Of a DNA stretch of 64,000 nucleotides, positions 61,352-64,000 are shown one piece after another. This stretch comes from Pseudomonadota bacterium (GTDB lineage: Bacteria > Campylobacterota > Campylobacteria > Campylobacterales > Sulfurimonadaceae). The notes below the pieces were generated by a model. That model searched no databases. It was not told where the DNA came from and saw only the letters and a list, made by a program, of their open reading frames with translations. A program made the position numbers and the translations under genes. The stretch lies in NCBI GenBank assembly GCA_043797085.1, contig JAZDQA010000011.1, forward strand, positions 1-64,000, read 5' to 3'. The stretch's first letter is position 1. Every line of letters starts with the position of its first letter.

Positions 61352-62605
61352 TTATTTTGTCTCAAAATAAAGTTCAATTCCCTGCGTAGGAAGAGAGCGG
61401 ATACCATCTTTGTCCACACCCATGACTTCGTATATATAGCCCGTATTGGCTTTAGTACCGGCATCATGAAATTTACTTCCTTTGATGTTGTTGATTTCCA
61501 CCGATTCACGCTTAATCCAGTTGATTTTAGTCGTTTTAATGACCGTATAGCTGACAATTCTCGGATCATCATTGGTCCATTGCAAATCAACGCCATTTGG
61601 ATAGATCTTACCGTCAAATGCGATAGGTGTATGGGGTTTTGCCAGACTCATCCCTTGGGTAACGAGTGCTCCCATTGGACTTTCTAAGCCATCTTTATCT
61701 ACTGCAGTAACCTTGTAATAAAAAGGTTCTCCGTCTTCTTTGGTCGTATCGGGAAAGGTTGTTTCTGTGAGTTTGACACGGTATGCATAGTTGCCGTTGG
61801 AGCTTGCGGCGCGATAAATGTTATAGTGACTCAAATCTTCCAAGGTACTTGCTTCCCATTTTAAGGCGATAGCTTTAGGCAAATTGGTAGTAGCAGTGAT
61901 ATTCTTTATTTCCGGAGGGAGTGGTTTTGTAACCAGTTTCGCTGTTTCACTTGGTTCTGTAGAGAGTTTGTCAAATGTAATCGCCCGTACGCGGTAATAA
62001 TAGACTTGACCGTCTTTGAGATCGGTATCAATGTACTCGGCGTTAAGACGTCCCTCTATGGTTTTAATCTCTGCCCATTTTTGATCGTTTACATTGAGTC
62101 TATCAATAATATAGCCGCTGATTCGTGTATTTGGATGCGGTCGCCAGAGTAGTTTTGCACTGCGAGGCATGTTGCCTACGGATTGAAAAAAGCTAATAGG
62201 CGCGATCATTGGCAACGTTGATACCGTCATCGTTTCACTGCCGTTAGATTCTCTGTTTTCTTTTCCGGTAGAGGTGAAACGATAGAGATATTGGGTATTA
62301 GGAGTTAATTTTTCATCAACATAATGCGTGGCAAATCGGCTGTTAATCGTGGCAATACGACTGAGTGTTTGATTGCTCTCAGCTGGGTTAGAGCGGTAAA
62401 TACTATAACCGCTAACGTCAGGATTACTAATCGCTTTCCACTCAAATGCTACGGTATTAATGTCTGATAATGACCCATTAAGAGAGGGTATAGGAAGTGT
62501 CGGATCGATAGTGATTTTGTTTTCAGGTGTTGGCTGTGGAGCACAGCCGCTAAAAAGACTAAGCGCTAAAGAGATGCTCAAAGCGTATTGAAGTGAACGT
62601 TGCAT
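61352..62605 (-). CDS. Fibronectin type III repeat lipoprotein (FlpA-like)
   Basis: Lipobox FSGC; repeated W...Y.IYR...Y.Y.V.A FnIII pattern. Confidence 0.85.
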   Translation of the reverse strand: MQRSLQYALSISLALSLFSGCAPQPTPENKITIDPTLPIPSLNGSLSDINTVAFEWKAISNPDVSGYSIYRSNPAESNQTLSRIATINSRFATHYVDEKLTPNTQYLYRFTSTGKENRESNGSETMTVSTLPMIAPISFFQSVGNMPRSAKLLWRPHPNTRISGYIIDRLNVNDQKWAEIKTIEGRLNAEYIDTDLKDGQVYYYRVRAITFDKLSTEPSETAKLVTKPLPPEIKNITATTNLPKAIALKWEASTLEDLSHYNIYRAASSNGNYAYRVKLTETTFPDTTKEDGEPFYYKVTAVDKDGLESPMGALVTQGMSLAKPHTPIAFDGKIYPNGVDLQWTNDDPRIVSYTVIKTTKINWIKRESVEINNIKGSKFHDAGTKANTGYIYEVMGVDKDGIRSLPTQGIELYFETK

Positions 62606-63527
62606 GCAATTCCTTTGGTTCAAAATGTTTTTCTAAATAATCATCCATGACGGCATCCATAGGAGCCTTGAATGAGAGGGATTCACCGCTGGTCGGATGA
62701 ATCAAATACAGCATATAAGCGTGGAGCAAAATATGTTCCACCTTATTGTCTTTTTGGTGTGTTCCATAGAGATGGTCGCCAAGGATATGACGGCTGATGG
62801 ACTCCAAATGGACACGAATTTGATGGGTTCGTCCGGTGAAAAGTTTGCAGACAATAAGTTCACACGTAGCATCATGAGAAGGGAGTAATTTACGAAACAT
62901 TGTCTTGGCGTTTTTACCCGATTCGATAATCCCCATTTTGAGACGATTTTGGCTGCTGCGCCCGATTGGTTTATCGATGGTTGTCTCTTCTTCTTTGAGA
63001 GGAGGGGTGATGACAGCCAGATAATAGCGTCCCATTGTTTTGTCTTGAAGTTGGAGGGAAAGGGCTTCGTGTGCTTCATTATTTTTAGCAATGACCATCA
63101 CACCGCTAGTACCACGGTCAAGTCGGTGAACGATACCGTGACGCTCTTCACCGCTAAGCGTTGAGAGTGCAATTCCGCGTGTTTTGAGCCAATCGACAAG
63201 CGTTGGTTCTTTGACACTAGGGGCTGGATGGACTGTTAAGCCGCTTGGTTTGTTGATGACCATCATGTCATCGTCTTCAAATAAAACCTCGACATCAAAA
63301 TCGATAATATGAGCAGGGGTTGATTTCATTTTCGGAAAATAGACCGCTACACTTTGACCAACTTTAAGTTTAAGTCCTGCCTTCGCAGTCGCTTTGCCAT
63401 CGATAACGATTGCGTTTTGTTCGATAAGTTGAACAATCTGATTACGTGTTTGAGCCAGCATTGATGTTAAAAAAACATCCAAACGCATTGCTTCTTCAAC
63501 GATAAAGGTAATATTTTCGCGTTGCAT
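62559..63527 (-). CDS. rluD: RluA/RluD-family pseudouridine synthase
   Basis: S4 domain, GIVHRLDRGTSG, TGRTHQIRVH. Confidence 0.88.
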   Translation of the reverse strand: MQRENITFIVEEAMRLDVFLTSMLAQTRNQIVQLIEQNAIVIDGKATAKAGLKLKVGQSVAVYFPKMKSTPAHIIDFDVEVLFEDDDMMVINKPSGLTVHPAPSVKEPTLVDWLKTRGIALSTLSGEERHGIVHRLDRGTSGVMVIAKNNEAHEALSLQLQDKTMGRYYLAVITPPLKEEETTIDKPIGRSSQNRLKMGIIESGKNAKTMFRKLLPSHDATCELIVCKLFTGRTHQIRVHLESISRHILGDHLYGTHQKDNKVEHILLHAYMLYLIHPTSGESLSFKAPMDAVMDDYLEKHFEPKELHATFTSIRFEHLFSA

Positions 63528-63605
63528 CGATCTCCTTGGTGGAATAGTTGGGTTATGCTACAATTCAAGTGAACAAAAAATTTAATAATAAATGAGACAA
63601 TTCAA

Positions 63606-64000
63606 TTGCTTAATATTGATCGGCGAATTCTAGCACATTTTGACTATGTAACCGTTGCGTTATTGATTCCTATTGTTTTTTTATCAGGTTGGTTGATTTA
63701 TGAGATCCATCCGGTACTGGGACAAAAGCATTTGACGTACGTCAGTATCGGTATCGGTGTTTTTATTACACTTTTCTTGTTACCGATTCGGCGGATGTTT
63801 TGGTTGATCCCTATTGCGTATTGGGGAAGTATTCTTCTTTTGATCGCAGTTGAGTTTGTGGGTCATGCACGGTTGGGAGCAAAACGATGGATTGAGATAC
63901 CGTTTGTCCATTTTACGCTTCAGCCATCAGAGCTACTAAAACCTGCATTTGTCCTTATGCTTGCCTACCTCATCAGTCGTAATCCGCCACCTCGCGAGGG
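63606..64000 (+). CDS. rodA: Rod shape-determining protein RodA (partial, runs off the window)
   Basis: From TTG: LNIDRRILAHFDY...LGAKRWI...LQPSELLK (SEDS motif). Not in the ORF track. Confidence 0.88.
   Translation, partial: MLNIDRRILAHFDYVTVALLIPIVFLSGWLIYEIHPVLGQKHLTYVSIGIGVFITLFLLPIRRMFWLIPIAYWGSILLLIAVEFVGHARLGAKRWIEIPFVHFTLQPSELLKPAFVLMLAYLISRNPPPRE

Overview
A mostly chromosomal, housekeeping window from a Campylobacterota bacterium. The gene content and order (mreB-mreC, clpX-lpxA-fabZ, UPF0323-Gsp, flhA-Rrf2-rpsO, ftsEX-trmB-FnIII-rluD-rodA) suggest a Sulfuricurvum/Sulfurimonas-like organism, which is an inference. The left edge carries the 3' end of an IS256 element inserted into an acyltransferase gene. 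There is a complete acetate-uptake locus: two-component system, OprD porin, DUF485, actP, cNMP/CBS nucleotidyltransferase, DEDDh exonuclease and acs. An accessory zone at about 26-38.4 kb contains two families of REP-like palindromes bracketing AT-rich cassettes (a soluble + 4-TM two-gene operon that is a candidate defence system, and an orphan membrane protein), a decayed RelE/HigBA module, a GC-richer Cu-ATPase and a BrnTA module. At 50-54 kb is an unusual circularly permuted ATP-grasp/alpha-E operon whose partners are one intact and one catalytically degenerate M14 peptidase. I saw no rRNA, tRNA or CRISPR array. All family calls come from motif recognition by eye, not from database searches.
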